A DNA stretch of 64,000 bases from Octopus vulgaris (lineage: Eukaryota). Location: the NCBI GenBank assembly GCA_951406725.2, contig OX597819.1, positions 75,516,001-75,580,000 on the forward strand, given 5' to 3'. A program made the position numbers and the translations under genes. The stretch's first letter is position 1; every line of letters starts with the position of its first letter. Positions 1 through 11,689 of this stretch are shown one piece after another. The notes below the pieces were generated by a model, which was not told the origin of the DNA, did no database searches, and worked only from the letters and a program-made list of their open reading frames with translations.

Positions 1-1348
1 ATCTATATTCATATGCTATATGGAAGATAACAAATCTCGTAATGAAGCTTTTGAATGCAACACGAAAACTGATACATATCACAACTTCATACATACATAC
101 ATACATACATACATACATACATACATACATAAATACATATATACAAACATACATACATGCATACATACTTGCACACATACACGCATTTCTATGTAATATT
201 TGTATATGAATATGTGCATATGAATAATGTATTTATATATATCTACTTGACATACACACAAACACACACTCAGACACAAACATACGTGTATATATATATA
301 TTTATATATATATATATATATACATATAAAAGGGGTTTGTATGATTGTCACAACATGGGACCGTGAAGAATGCTTAAATGCAAGAAAGTATACTAGTCCC
401 TTAATATTTGATATTCAATATTTCATCTATTCAAGATGGCAATCAATACTTCATTTCATTTTACTGTATATACTATATATTCTACATTAATATTATAAAG
501 AATATAAATAAGACATAAAAAACAGAGTTGGAATTCCTTTGAATAATATACACTCACGCACGCATACACACATACACACACGCGCGCGCGCGCACACACA
601 CGCACATACATATATACAGAGGTAGAAAGGCAGATAAACATGTTAGGCTTAATGAGTATATTTACATGGAATACAAAGTACAAAATACAAAATAAACAAA
701 AGGAGCCATGTAATGCTCATATCTTGACAGCTGTTTCGGGTGAACCATGACTTATGCCGAACCACATTCATTACATAATAATAACCTGTGATGTATTAGG
801 AATAAGTTCAACAGTTATGAATACGCTAGGCAAGGCCAGATTACCTTCATTGGAAGAATGTAGTTAAAAGCGTATTTTATTGCAGTGGAGGAAATAGAGT
901 GGAGTGAGGTGGGGATAAGGAAAAAAATTAGGGAAAAAGACGAGAAGCGGGAATGGGGTGCGGTAACTAAAGCGGAATTAGTACTATGAAGACATCAGTT
1001 GACGATAGAGAAAAAAGAGATTATAAAGGAAGGAAGTGACCACGACAACAGGGAGGTCTGTCGAATGTAGACAGTAGTAGGGAATGAATGACTGTAGGTA
1101 GTAATGTTAGATAGCAGAGGTAAGTAGAGACTAAAAAAATACGGATGAAAATGACGCGTGCGACGGAGTAATCAAATAAGTATGCGGATCAGTAAATGGG
1201 GGGACGTATGGCGCGCTTATAAGGGAGAGAGAGAGAGAGAGAGCAAGATAGAGAGAGCAAGAGAGAGAGAGAGAGAGAGAGAGAGCAAAGGGAGAAGAGT
1301 GAGAGAATTACGAGATTGTATAACAGTTATCTGAGGTAAGAATTTAAA

Positions 1349-1379
1349 CTGGAAAAAAAAAAAGAAAAGGACGTTAGTT
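1349..1379 (-). other. Candidate 3' splice acceptor (branch point, polypyrimidine tract, CAG)
   Basis: Minus strand reads AACTAAC-GTCCTTTTCTTTTTTTTTTTCCAG|TTTAAATTC. No coding exon recognised downstream. Confidence 0.4.
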
Positions 1380-3324
1380 CTTACAGTAGAATTATAAGAA
1401 TTATGTATCTTTACATAATTACTTTATGCTGCATTTGGTGTACAATAGCGTCGTTGCTCACAAGATTCCTAAGAACCAAGTAAATGTTCACCTTATTTGT
1501 GTGTATATTTTTGGATGTGTGTTTCCGTGTGTATTTGAGAGTTCGTGCGTGTGCGCGTGTTTGTGCTTTAACGCGAGACCTACCATGTTAGAGGAATCCT
1601 ATGATCAAAGACATTCCAGCTGCAATCAACTTTTCTTTTCAGGAGTATCAAGGATTAAATATCCAATGTTTCTCTGTTTTTAGATGGTAGAGAGTAATTT
1701 GAAGGAGATTTGACTGCTATTTCTAAAATATCTTGCTCTTTAGCTCCGGACAACCACAGTCAAGCTACTTATAATCAAATACCCCCCAAACACGACCAAC
1801 CTGTTTTTGGAGCAGTATGGGGGACAAGGTTATCCAGTTTTCTTCTATAGTAGAGTGTAATTTGAGGAAGTTTTGACAGCCATTTCTAGCCGGTCGAGCA
1901 GTCGCAAAAAGATTCCTTTAAGTGTTGTATTTATGCGTTTTTGTTGATTAAGCTTAATGTCTGCTCTGATTTAATAGAACAAATGCGTTTCAAGTGCGAC
2001 CATCTCGTCTTTTTGTACTTCAGGGACTACATTATCCAATAGGGTCTTCATGTTTTTAAGAAGTGATTAGAAGACAAGTTTGCTGCTCTTTCTAATGGTT
2101 TGAGCGACGGCGTACAGGCTCTTGCATGATATTGAATAGCTGTGGTTGTCATGACACGGAAATGTGAGACTGTAGAAAGCAGGATAGCCGAAAGTCAGAA
2201 TTCTGGAATGATTGAACGGAGAGCTATGATGCAATGCGGTATTATATAACACTATGTGAAAATACACTATCATATAAGAATATGCTATGACATAGTGTCA
2301 TAGTCAAATAATTTGGCGTACTATGGCACTCGGAATATACGTATTTAATGTCGTAACCAGATAAGAAAGGGTTGCATCCATGAGATTTTTCTAGTTCTCT
2401 ATGACTGGTGAGATGAGGTGGAGAGGGAAGCGACAAAGGTAATATGATTCTTAGTTCGCTGAAGTTAAAAGCACTGCATCAAAAATATCTAGTTGTTTAT
2501 CGTTTAATTGGAAGCCTAACTCGAATGCATGCAACAAAATAGACACCACTAAAGGCACCCAAAGATCAGAGAGATGTTAGTGACAGGCCTGGATTTAAAC
2601 CGCGGGAAGATGGGGAGGGAGGGAGAAGCATTTCAATTTTGGCGGGTCTTTCATACGCAGAAATTGAAATCCACCACAATCACCGAGTTTACATATCAAA
2701 ACCAGTCTATTTCATGTAGCTGAAGTTACAAGTTAATACAGAAGGATCACCCAAGAACAAATACAGTCCAATTAGATGGGCTTCTGCACATTTTCTGCCG
2801 AGCTAATTTTACTCACAAAATTTGGCTCGATGAGAGCCTTCGGTTGATGTCACTCATACAAGCTTCCGTGCTGTGAGAACGAATTCAGAATCCTGTAAAT
2901 GTGAAGGAGATTACTTTATCACGCGACCATGCATACATCTTGGCGCAAAGCCTTCCAAACATCTCGTAATTTTTTTTTTTTTGTATTTCTACTATTATAC
3001 ACTTTGGCTTCGTGTTTCTTCTTCATTAATGAACTTCTTCCAAAATTGTTTCATTATCAAGAAAACATGCAAAGAAATTCCCGATATTCAAACTAGAAAG
3101 CATTGCTAGTAACCGCAACCGCAAGGAAAACCTTCGATTTTCTCAGATATTTATTGGTTTAAATTACAGATTTTTATTTTACGCAAGCCAGTATGACTCC
3201 TTCTATGACCCGCTAGAAATAATTGTTCAATTTGACCTGCTTGACCAGCTAGAAATAATTGTTAAATTTACCTCAACTCACACCCTACTATGTTCAAAAA
3301 TGGGACCATTCATTAGATAATGTA

Positions 3325-3483
3325 CAGGAGTGGCTGTAAGTAGCTTTCTTACCAACTATATAGTTCCAGGTTCAGTTCCACCGCGTGGCACCTTGGGAAA
3401 GTGTCTTCTACTATAGCCTCGACTCACCAAAGCCTTGTCAGTGGATTTGGTAGACGGAAACTGAAAGAAACTCGTCGTGTGTG

Positions 3484-3558
<75 letters not shown>

Positions 3559-3583
3559 ATATATATGTATGTATGTATATATG

Positions 3584-3614
<31 letters not shown>

Positions 3615-3832
3615 ATGTGCGCGCGCGCGTGTATGTTTGTGTGTCTGCGTTTGTCCCATCAACATCGCTTGACAACCGATGCTGATGTGTTTACATCCCC
3701 GTAACTTAGCGGTTCGGCAAAAGAAACCGATAGAATAAGTACTAGGCTTACAAAGAATAAGTCCTGGGATCGATTTGCTCGACTAAAGGCGGTGCTCCAG
3801 CATGGCCGCAGTCAAATGACGGAAACAAGTAA
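3325..3832 (+). mobile_element. tRNA-derived SINE family A (about 500 bp, internal (TA)n/(TG)n)
   Basis: Head CAGGAGTGGCTG..GGTTCAGTTCCACCGCGTGGCACCTTGGG; body GTGGATTTGGTAGACGGAAACTG; tail GGCGGTGCTCCAGCATGGCCGCAGTCAAATGAC. At least 9 homologous copies in the window. Confidence 0.9.
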
Positions 3833-3919
3833 AAAAAAAATAATAGAATAGAATTAACTGGAAAAATAAATTAGATTGTGATGAACGAAGTTGGAACGCT
3901 GGTAATAAAGTGAATGATA

Positions 3920-4137
3920 CTGGTTTCGAATTTTGGAATAAGACCACAAAATTTGGAGGCGGGGGTAAGTCGATTACATCGACCCCAGTGAATAGCTGCT
4001 ACTTATTTTATCGATCCCCAAGAGGTAACAGGCAAAATTGACCTTGGCTGAATTTGAACTCAGAACATGAAGATGAACTAAATAGCGCTAAGTATTTTTC
4101 CCAGCATCTCTAAGGATCCTGCAAGATCGCCGCCTTA
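3920..4137 (-). mobile_element. SINE family B copy (diverged)
   Basis: Reverse complement of the AAGGCGGCGAGCT..GTTCTGAGTTCAAATT..GATCGATAAAATAAGTA module seen at 8251-8486. Confidence 0.8.
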
Positions 4138-4331
4138 AAGCAAGTGATTTATATTAATTATAAATAAATCGTATAATTTATGATACATACATTCATATAT
4201 ACTTAGCGGTGTCCCAGCATGGCCGCAGCCTCAAGGTTTAAAACATATAAAAGAATAAAAGATTAGAAGCACACACATATACATGCTTATATACACATCA
4301 CGCATATACACACATGTATATAAACTATTGC

Positions 4332-4490
4332 TTAGTTCAAATATGTTTGTGACGTATTTCAACTCCTAAAAGGCATTATCAATGATGTGTTTACAACTTT
4401 ACCATCAGCGAGAAATTTTTTCTCCACGGTAATCTGCAATGAAATTACCTTTAGGAGTTGAAATATGTCATAAACATATATTTGAACTAA
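4332..4490. repeat. Inverted repeat (about 42-bp arms)
   Basis: TTAGTTCAAATATGTTTGTGACGTATTTCAACTCCTAAAAGG (4332-4373) vs CCTTTAGGAGTTGAAATATGTCATAAACATATATTTGAACTAA (4448-4490). Confidence 0.85.
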
Positions 4491-4656
4491 CCTAAAGTTT
4501 GTTTATTTCCATCAGTGCTTCGCGCTAATACTTATGTACGTACGTAGGTACATAGGTATTACATAAGTACGTACGAATGTATGTATGTATGCATGTATGT
4601 AAGTATATATATATATGCATATATACATACGTATATGTACATACTTACATCTATAC

Positions 4657-4703
<47 letters not shown>

Positions 4704-4709
4704 TATGTG

Positions 4710-4777
4710 GGCACAGGACGTCATGAAATGTGTACAAAAAAAAGTACGGTTGTACACGTTTCATGACGTCCTGTGCC
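4710..4777. repeat. 68-nt hairpin (28-bp arms) embedded in (TA)n
   Basis: GGCACAGGACGTCATGAAATGTGTACAA / TTGTACACGTTTCATGACGTCCTGTGCC, one mismatch, 12-nt loop. Confidence 0.9.
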
Positions 4778-4783
4778 AATATA

Positions 4784-4833
<50 letters not shown>

Positions 4834-4869
4834 GAACGTTGAAAAGGAACACACGTTGATATATATATA

Positions 4870-5057
4870 TGGAAAAAGTCAAGGTAGATAATGCTAAAAT
4901 AATTTTATAAAAAACATTTCAGTTAGAAAATGCTTTAATTTTTCCAAAATTTAATTGTTTTCCATGCTTACAGTTGAAGAAGTCTCAATGACTGAGACCG
5001 GTACTGAAATGTTTTTTTATAAAATTATTTTAGCATTTTCTACCTTGACTTTTTTTT

Positions 5058-5060
<3 letters not shown>
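4870..5060. mobile_element. Penelope-pLTR-like foldback with degenerate hammerhead, both ends on (TA)n
   Basis: Arms 4870-4923 and 5003-5060 are reverse complements; hammerhead-like motif at 4971-5006. Confidence 0.7.
4971..5006 (+). ncRNA. Degenerate minimal type-I hammerhead ribozyme
   Basis: CAG-TTGAAGA-AGTC-tcaat-GACT-GAGA-CCGG-TA|CTG: stem I CAG/CTG, stem II AGTC/GACT, palindromic ACCGGT, GUA site. C3U and GAAA>GAGA changes. Confidence 0.55.
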
Positions 5061-5108
<48 letters not shown>

Positions 5109-5124
5109 TCTATCTATCTATCTT

Positions 5125-5193
<69 letters not shown>

Positions 5194-5749
5194 ATTTGTA
5201 TTGACATAAGGTCCTGAATGTGTCTAGAATTGAAGAATTGTTGAATGACGATACGGCCAAGTAGCTTTGTAAACATTGATTGGTAGGGAACAGCCAATTA
5301 CATTAACTCCAGTATTTCACTGGTACTTCGGTTTATTGATGTGGAATTTGAATTCTGAATGTAGATGGCTATAACTAAACACTACAAGGTATTTTGTCCG
5401 ACTCTTTAATGACACTTGTGTCATTCCACCGCCCCACCAACCCACCTCCTGTAATATTGCATGATTTTATCAGTGAAATCGCTGTATCACATTATTCAGG
5501 TCACAAGGCAGATTTTGTGAAATCTAAGACAGAGCACCAATTCTACATGGTTGGCTAAATTCTCTGTCTAGTCTAGTGGTTCTCAACAGGCGTCCATATG
5601 GTCTTTGGAGGTCCATATAAAATTTTATTGTTGATTTTTATGTGTAACAGATTGCTTATACCACTGCAACACAAAATATTTTGATTTTTTAAAATACAAT
5701 CCTAATAAGTATTTAATTACAAAAATACGGTAAGAGTTATTTTTATGTT

Positions 5750-5898
5750 AGGCACAGGAGCAGCTGTGTTGTAAAAACCTTGCTTCCCAACCACATGGTT
5801 CCGGGTTCAGTCCCACTGCATGGTACCTTGAGCAAGTGTCTTCTACTATAGCCTCGGGTACTATAGCCTTGTGAGTGAATTTGGTGGACGGAAGTGTG

Positions 5899-5942
<44 letters not shown>

Positions 5943-6065
5943 ATGTTTTGTGTTTGGGTGGGTGTCTTTGTGTCTGTCCCCCATACCGCTTGACAACCGG
6001 TGTTGGTGCGTTTATGTCCCCGTAACTTAACTGTTCAGCAAAAGGGACCGGTAGAATAAGTTCTA
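5750..6065 (+). mobile_element. SINE family A copy (3' truncated)
   Basis: GGCACAGGAGCAGCTGTGTTGTAA..GGTTCAGTCCCACTGCATGGTACCTTGAGCAAG..CTTGACAACCGG. Confidence 0.85.
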
Positions 6066-6769
6066 CTAAAAGTCACTTGGCGGGGGACGCTTCAAAAATG
6101 ACCAGAAAACAGTTAACATTACATGAAAAAGATGTGTAAGAGTAACAACCGACCGAATACTGTGAGGTCGCTTGCCACCCGATGCACTGAGCAGTGAAGG
6201 AACACCTCAATCTAAGTTCCTACCAAATATTTATGCCTTTTCATGTACTCTGTGTACGATCCAGCATTTACCTTAAATAATAGAATCCAATCTTTAATTC
6301 CTCTTACAGTACCGTATAAATTTGATGGCTTTACAAGAAACATATTTTCCATTTTGACGAGTTTCTTATGTCCACGCTTCCGGTCACCATTTAGTTAGTT
6401 TATTTCTGTTGGCATGCTTTTCATTTCATATTTTTTTGCTGTTTATTCCATGTATTTCTCTAAATCTCTCACAAATTTCTTTGAAACACAGTATCCTCTG
6501 ACTGTAATATCTTTATTTACTTTCTTTGTCGTTTAAATAACTTACAGTTTAACTTACGTTGATTATTTCTTGTTCTTTTCTGGAGGTTATTTGTACACAA
6601 AAAAGTTAAGAGAAGTTATGAAAACACATCTGCATCAAGAAGGCAACACTACTTTATGAATATTTCAGAAACTGAAATTTGCGGACAAAGGAAGTCTATG
6701 AAATATATGCGGTATGAAAATCTATGAAAGATCGCGTGTAAACGAAATCCGTAACTTTTTGTTGTTGTT

Positions 6770-7052
6770 TGTTCCTTCTCGAGCCACGCCTGGCTCATAG
6801 GGCCGGTTACCCGGGCGTATAGGATCCCCACATGGACGGGACGCCGGTCCGTCGCAGGTTAGCTGCAAGAGGAAAGAAGGTTCTGGCGAAAGAGTCCGCA
6901 GAAGTTTGCCATTACTTTCTACCGGAAGGAATACCTCAATCTAAGTGTTAGGTGTTTCGCTCATAAACACATACATCGCCCGGTCTGAGATTCGAACTCG
7001 CGATCCTTCGACCTCGAGTCCGCTGCTCTAACCACTAGGCCATGTGCTTCCA
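6770..7052 (-). mobile_element. tRNA-headed SINE with V-domain-like central block
   Basis: Minus strand: A box TGGCCTAGTGG, B box GAGTTCGAATC, then CTGCGACGGACCGGCGTCCCGTCC. Related block at about 52730-52760. Confidence 0.75.
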
Positions 7053-7734
7053 CTAACAAAAAGAGTATTTAATATGAAATAAATAAATGAATGAAAACAA
7101 ACATTAAAAACATGAGTGTAATATATCAATGGGCCTCGATGTGTTGCTTTTGATACGCTGTTTACATCTCAAACCTTTAACTTAACAAAGATTTGCTTTA
7201 AGGATGTAAATATATTTGTAAATAATAGAATTATGTAACCCTTCGAGAATACACAAGTTATATAGAATTTAATCATACTGAAGCGAAAACACAATAACAG
7301 TGAGAAAAAAATATTTCCTTCTGGCTTTTTCGTAAGCTAAAATGTTGATGTGTTATTTTTGAATAAGCCAAGGCCACCTTTTATGAGATCAACTTCATAC
7401 ATACATGCATGCATACATACATACATACATACATACATACATACATGCATACATGCATACATACATGCAGGAATGCAGGCATGCATGCATGCATACATAC
7501 ATGCATGCATACATGCAGGAATGCATAAATACATACATACATGCATATACGCATTCAAACATACATACATACATTATATATACATACACAGACATGCATT
7601 AATATTGTTTTTATGTTATATATAAAAATATACTTAGAGACATTCAGGATTGCATGCATACATACATGCATGCCTGTCTGTATATGTATATATAATGTAT
7701 GTATGTATGTATGCATGTATTTTTCAATGCGTAC

Positions 7735-7765
<31 letters not shown>

Positions 7766-8250
7766 CATTGCTGCATGTATGCATGCATGTATGTATGCAT
7801 TCCTGAATGTATATATGCATGCATGCAAGCCTGAATGTCTCTAAGTACATACACACTTACATACATACACACATGCATACACACATGCATACATACGTTC
7901 ATACATTAATATTTGATTTTATGTATAGTTATATATAAAAACATTCTAGCATTAAATTGAAGGGCCACCCAGTGCCATTTAGTAGGGTAACAGATTTGTA
8001 GTTTTTTGTTTTTACAAGTAAAAATTTGTATGTATTGGGCCATCAACATAGAATACTTGATTTTAAAGAAATTATAAACATCATTAAAACAATATACTTT
8101 AACCTTGCCATATGCTTATTTTCATATCAATTTATTTAATGTATCCATTCTATGTTTAAATATGAAGGATCTGTTGTGATTTAAAGAGAAATTCAGCTGG
8201 TATTCTTAGCTGGTTGATAACCAGGAACATCAATGGTAATTTGTGTTTGC

Positions 8251-8486
8251 AAGGCGGCGAGCTGGCAGAAACGTTAGCACGCCAGCCAATAATGCTTAGC
8301 GGTATTTCGTCTGCCGTTACGTTCTGAGTTCAAATTCCGCCGAGGTCGACTTTGCCTTTCATCCTTTCGGGATCGATAAATTAAGTACCAGATACGCACT
8401 GGGGTCGATATAATCGACTTAATCTGTTTGTCTGTCCTTGTTTGTCCTCTCTGTGTTTAGCCCCATGTGGGTAGTAAAGAAATAGG
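8251..8486 (+). mobile_element. SINE family B, young full-length copy with 17-bp TSD
   Basis: AAGGCGGCGAGCTGGCAGAAACGTTAG..GAGTTCAAATTCCGCCGAGGTCGACTTTGCCTTTCATCCTTTCGGG. TSD GGTAATTTGTGTTTGCA at 8235-8251 and 8485-8501. Confidence 0.92.
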
Positions 8487-8992
8487 TAATTTGTGTTTGC
8501 ATGTCTGTGTGCCGTTCTTGTTTTCGTTTATAGATTTAGAAAAGACATCTTTGTACATCGTGTGTTTTGCTTGAGTGAACCATGATAAGTGAGTATTGCA
8601 GAAAAATACAATCTTTGCAATCTGTATTTTTCAATTAACTTCTGTAACTAATCTTAGTCACGCTACGAATATTTATTATGTATACATTTCCCATTAGAAA
8701 TAATTAAATGGTGAAGTAATTGAGCAGACATCCAGTCGCATTTCTTTAATATTTTATGCATTAGGTAAAAGCTGTTGTAAAATAGTACTCACTCACAATT
8801 CACATATACAAAAAACTAAAAACTAAAAATAAAACCAAGAAACATACATACAAACACAAGCGCGTATATTCACAACATATGCAAGAAGATATATAATTGC
8901 AGTCACACATGCGCATTGATATATAAATAGCTGCATCTACACATACATATGCACACACAAACACCCGAACACAAGCACATTCACCAGACAGC

Positions 8993-9047
<55 letters not shown>

Positions 9048-9789
9048 GCGTGTGTGTGTGTGTGTGTTAAATTATATGACAAATTACATAATTTAGCGAA
9101 TATATATTTCTCTGTGTGTGTTTGATTTTACGAGAGAAAATAGTACTCACTCACTCACTCCCTCCCTCACTCACTCACTCACTCACTCACGCACTCAGTC
9201 ACTCACACATTCACTCACACACGCTTTCACTCACTCACACACTCACTCACTTTATAATTCACTCACTCTCTCACTCTATATTTATATATATGTGTGTCCG
9301 AGTGTGTGTGTGAATGTATGTGATTGTGTGTGAGTGTGTGGGAGTGTGTATTTAACCGGCACAAAGTTTCTAAAGTAACTCTGAAGTATCTGGAGTTTCG
9401 TGCGTGGCACTTATCAAATTCACTTCAAATTTGTCAGTTCATTTCTTATATAATGTGAATTACAATATATCTTCTGGAATGCTCGAGTGAAACTTAATGC
9501 TGGACAAACAAGTAAATATTACCAATTTCCAAAGAATCTGCCGTTAAATAGAGTGATGTCAGCGAGCAAATGAAAGACACACATATCCCCAAAACAAAAA
9601 ACAAAAACAAAACATAAGCATAGATGTACACACACACACACAGACACATATTGCATACGCACATACATGCACGTACATGTACATATGCACACAGAATGCA
9701 TACATCCCCACCCCACACACGAGTGAGTGAACAAATGAAAGAAAGCAGCTCTCAGCAATTCTGTTAAGAGTTGCTCTTTACTCTCTTTT

Positions 9790-10016
9790 ACTCTTTTATT
9801 TGTTTCAGTCATTTGACTGTGGCCATGCTGGAGCACCGCCTTTAGTCGAGCAAATCGACCCCCAGGACTTATTCTTTGTAAGCCTAGTACTTATTTTATC
9901 GGTCTCTTTTGCCGAACCGCTAAGATACGGGGACGTAAGCACACTAGCATCGGTTGTCAAGCGATGTTGGGGGGACAAACACAGACACACAAACATATAC
10001 ACACACATACACACAC

Positions 10017-10064
<48 letters not shown>

Positions 10065-10224
10065 ACGGGCTTCTTTCAGTTTCCGTCTACCAAATCCACT
10101 GACAAGGCTTTGGTCGGCCCGGGGCTATAGTAGAAGCCACTTGCCCAAGGTGCTACGCAGTGGGACTGAACCCAGAACCATGTGGTTCGTAAGCAAGCTA
10201 CTTACCACACAGCCACTCCTACAC
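9790..10224 (-). mobile_element. SINE family A, full-length copy
   Basis: Reverse complement of the 3325-3832 element along its whole length. Confidence 0.9.
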
Positions 10225-10228
10225 CTAT

Positions 10229-10680
10229 GTACTTAAAATTGGCACTCCCCTCATCAGGATGTCCTATACAACACTTATATTTTTTATAACAGTTTGTCAC
10301 AAATTCCACGTGGTTTAAAGTTTCGTGGGTGCGTAGGACACGTCCATGTCATCAGATGCTAGGAGTAGAGTGGGAGTTTTGAGAGAATATATATATATAT
10401 ATATACACTTTTTTTATCCAAGGGGATCGACGAAAAAATCTCTGGGAGTACGTAAATGCCGTGTTCTGAGAATGGCCGGTATGTGAATGTGTATTTGTTC
10501 ATGTTTTATATGTGTTGTATAGGACATCCTGATGAGGGGAGTGCCAATTTTAAGTACTATTTTAAGTACTGATATGTCTAATATTAATTGGCACATCCCC
10601 GAAACGGCCCGTAGATGGACTTCTGTGTATCTTATATTTTTGTAAGCTTGTATATGTATTATATTCTATTTATTGCACAC
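10229..10680. mobile_element. Penelope-pLTR-like module with 46-bp perfect inverted repeat
   Basis: 10229-10274 is the exact reverse complement of 10512-10557; the second arm continues into a complete hammerhead. Confidence 0.7.
10525..10617 (+). ncRNA. Type-I hammerhead ribozyme, intact core, extended stem II
   Basis: CATC-CTGATGA-GGGGAGTGCCAATT...AATTGGCAC(A)TCCCC-GAAA-CGGCCCG-TA|GATG. All conserved core nucleotides present; predicted cleavage after A10613. Confidence 0.85.
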
Positions 10681-10738
10681 ATGTGAGTGAGAACACTTTG
10701 AGATATTTTTGGTATCTAACATATGTCAGATACTGCGA

Positions 10739-10842
10739 GCGCTGCTTCTGATTGGTCAATCCACGGTGATGACCCGAGGTCACGGTGACAGCGCTGCTTC
10801 TGATTGGTCAATTCATGGTGATGACCCGAGGTCACGGTGACG
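10739..10842 (+). repeat. Two tandem 52-bp units with CCAAT and ERE-like motifs
   Basis: GCGCTGCTTCTGATTGGTCAATYCAYGGTGATGACCCGAGGTCACGGTGAC twice (10739-10790, 10791-10842). Confidence 0.9.
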
Positions 10843-10933
10843 GCACTACTTTCGTCATTCATAAGTTACAACTAAACGTGAAGAATTTATTGGGTTAATA
10901 AAATATGGTCGTTTATTCGTGTGTAATAAATAA

Positions 10934-11077
10934 AATACCAAACTCATTCCCTATGGATACCGTATTTATTACAACTCGTGGCTTGTAAACGTATCTAACG
11001 AGCGAAAGCGAGTTAGATACGTTTACAAGCCACGAGTTGTAATAAATACGGTACCCATAGGGAACTCGTTTGGTATT
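10934..11077. mobile_element. 144-bp palindrome capped by GCGAAAGC; probable non-autonomous DNA element
   Basis: About 70-bp arms with few mismatches; apex AAC-GA-GC-GAAA-GC-GA-GTT. Confidence 0.7.
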
Positions 11078-11449
11078 CTCTATGTACTATTCGCCGGAAT
11101 TTTATTCGTCTTTTGATATGCCATATTTTTATTTTATTATCATTATATTTATTTCTCTTATTCTAACAGTTTTAAGCGTGTTATATGCAAAATTTATATT
11201 TTTATTTGTATATGATACTTATATATTACTGAATTAAATTTTTTTTTTAAATGTCGGATTGTTTAGATATAAATTAGTATATAAGATTTGTATGTGTTAG
11301 GTCTATCTTTGAATTTTGTGATGTTCCTTGGTTGTTGCTCGCATTGCCCTTGGATAAAAAAGTGTATATAGCTCATTGGAGCACTTCTATTTCCAGTCCG
11401 TTGTATATCTTGAGCGTTGTTGTCACTCAAGATATAACTTTATATTTTG

Positions 11450-11504
<55 letters not shown>

Positions 11505-11689
11505 TTGATTTTGATTTTTCCAGTTTCAGCTTATGAGCTGTGGCCATGCTGGGGCACCGCCATATATATATATATATATATATATTGTTATATTTCGGAA
11601 TGGTCATATTGCCAGTTTAGCCAATAAAAACACATGCACTATATATTTGCTGTTATTTTGCTTCAGTGTTATTTATTTTTTACATTAAT

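Noticed and set aside
2604-2623. G-quadruplex-compatible GGG-AAGAT-GGGG-A-GGG-A-GGG
   Set aside because: Single motif in what looks like a decayed repeat; no supporting context.
4340-4412. Minus-strand CTGATGG...GAAATACGTC as a complete hammerhead
   Set aside because: Neither stem II nor stem I can form.
6110-6640. Possible LINE coding remnant on the minus strand (..VSKKFVRDLEKYME)
   Set aside because: Only one weak motif; cannot be assigned.
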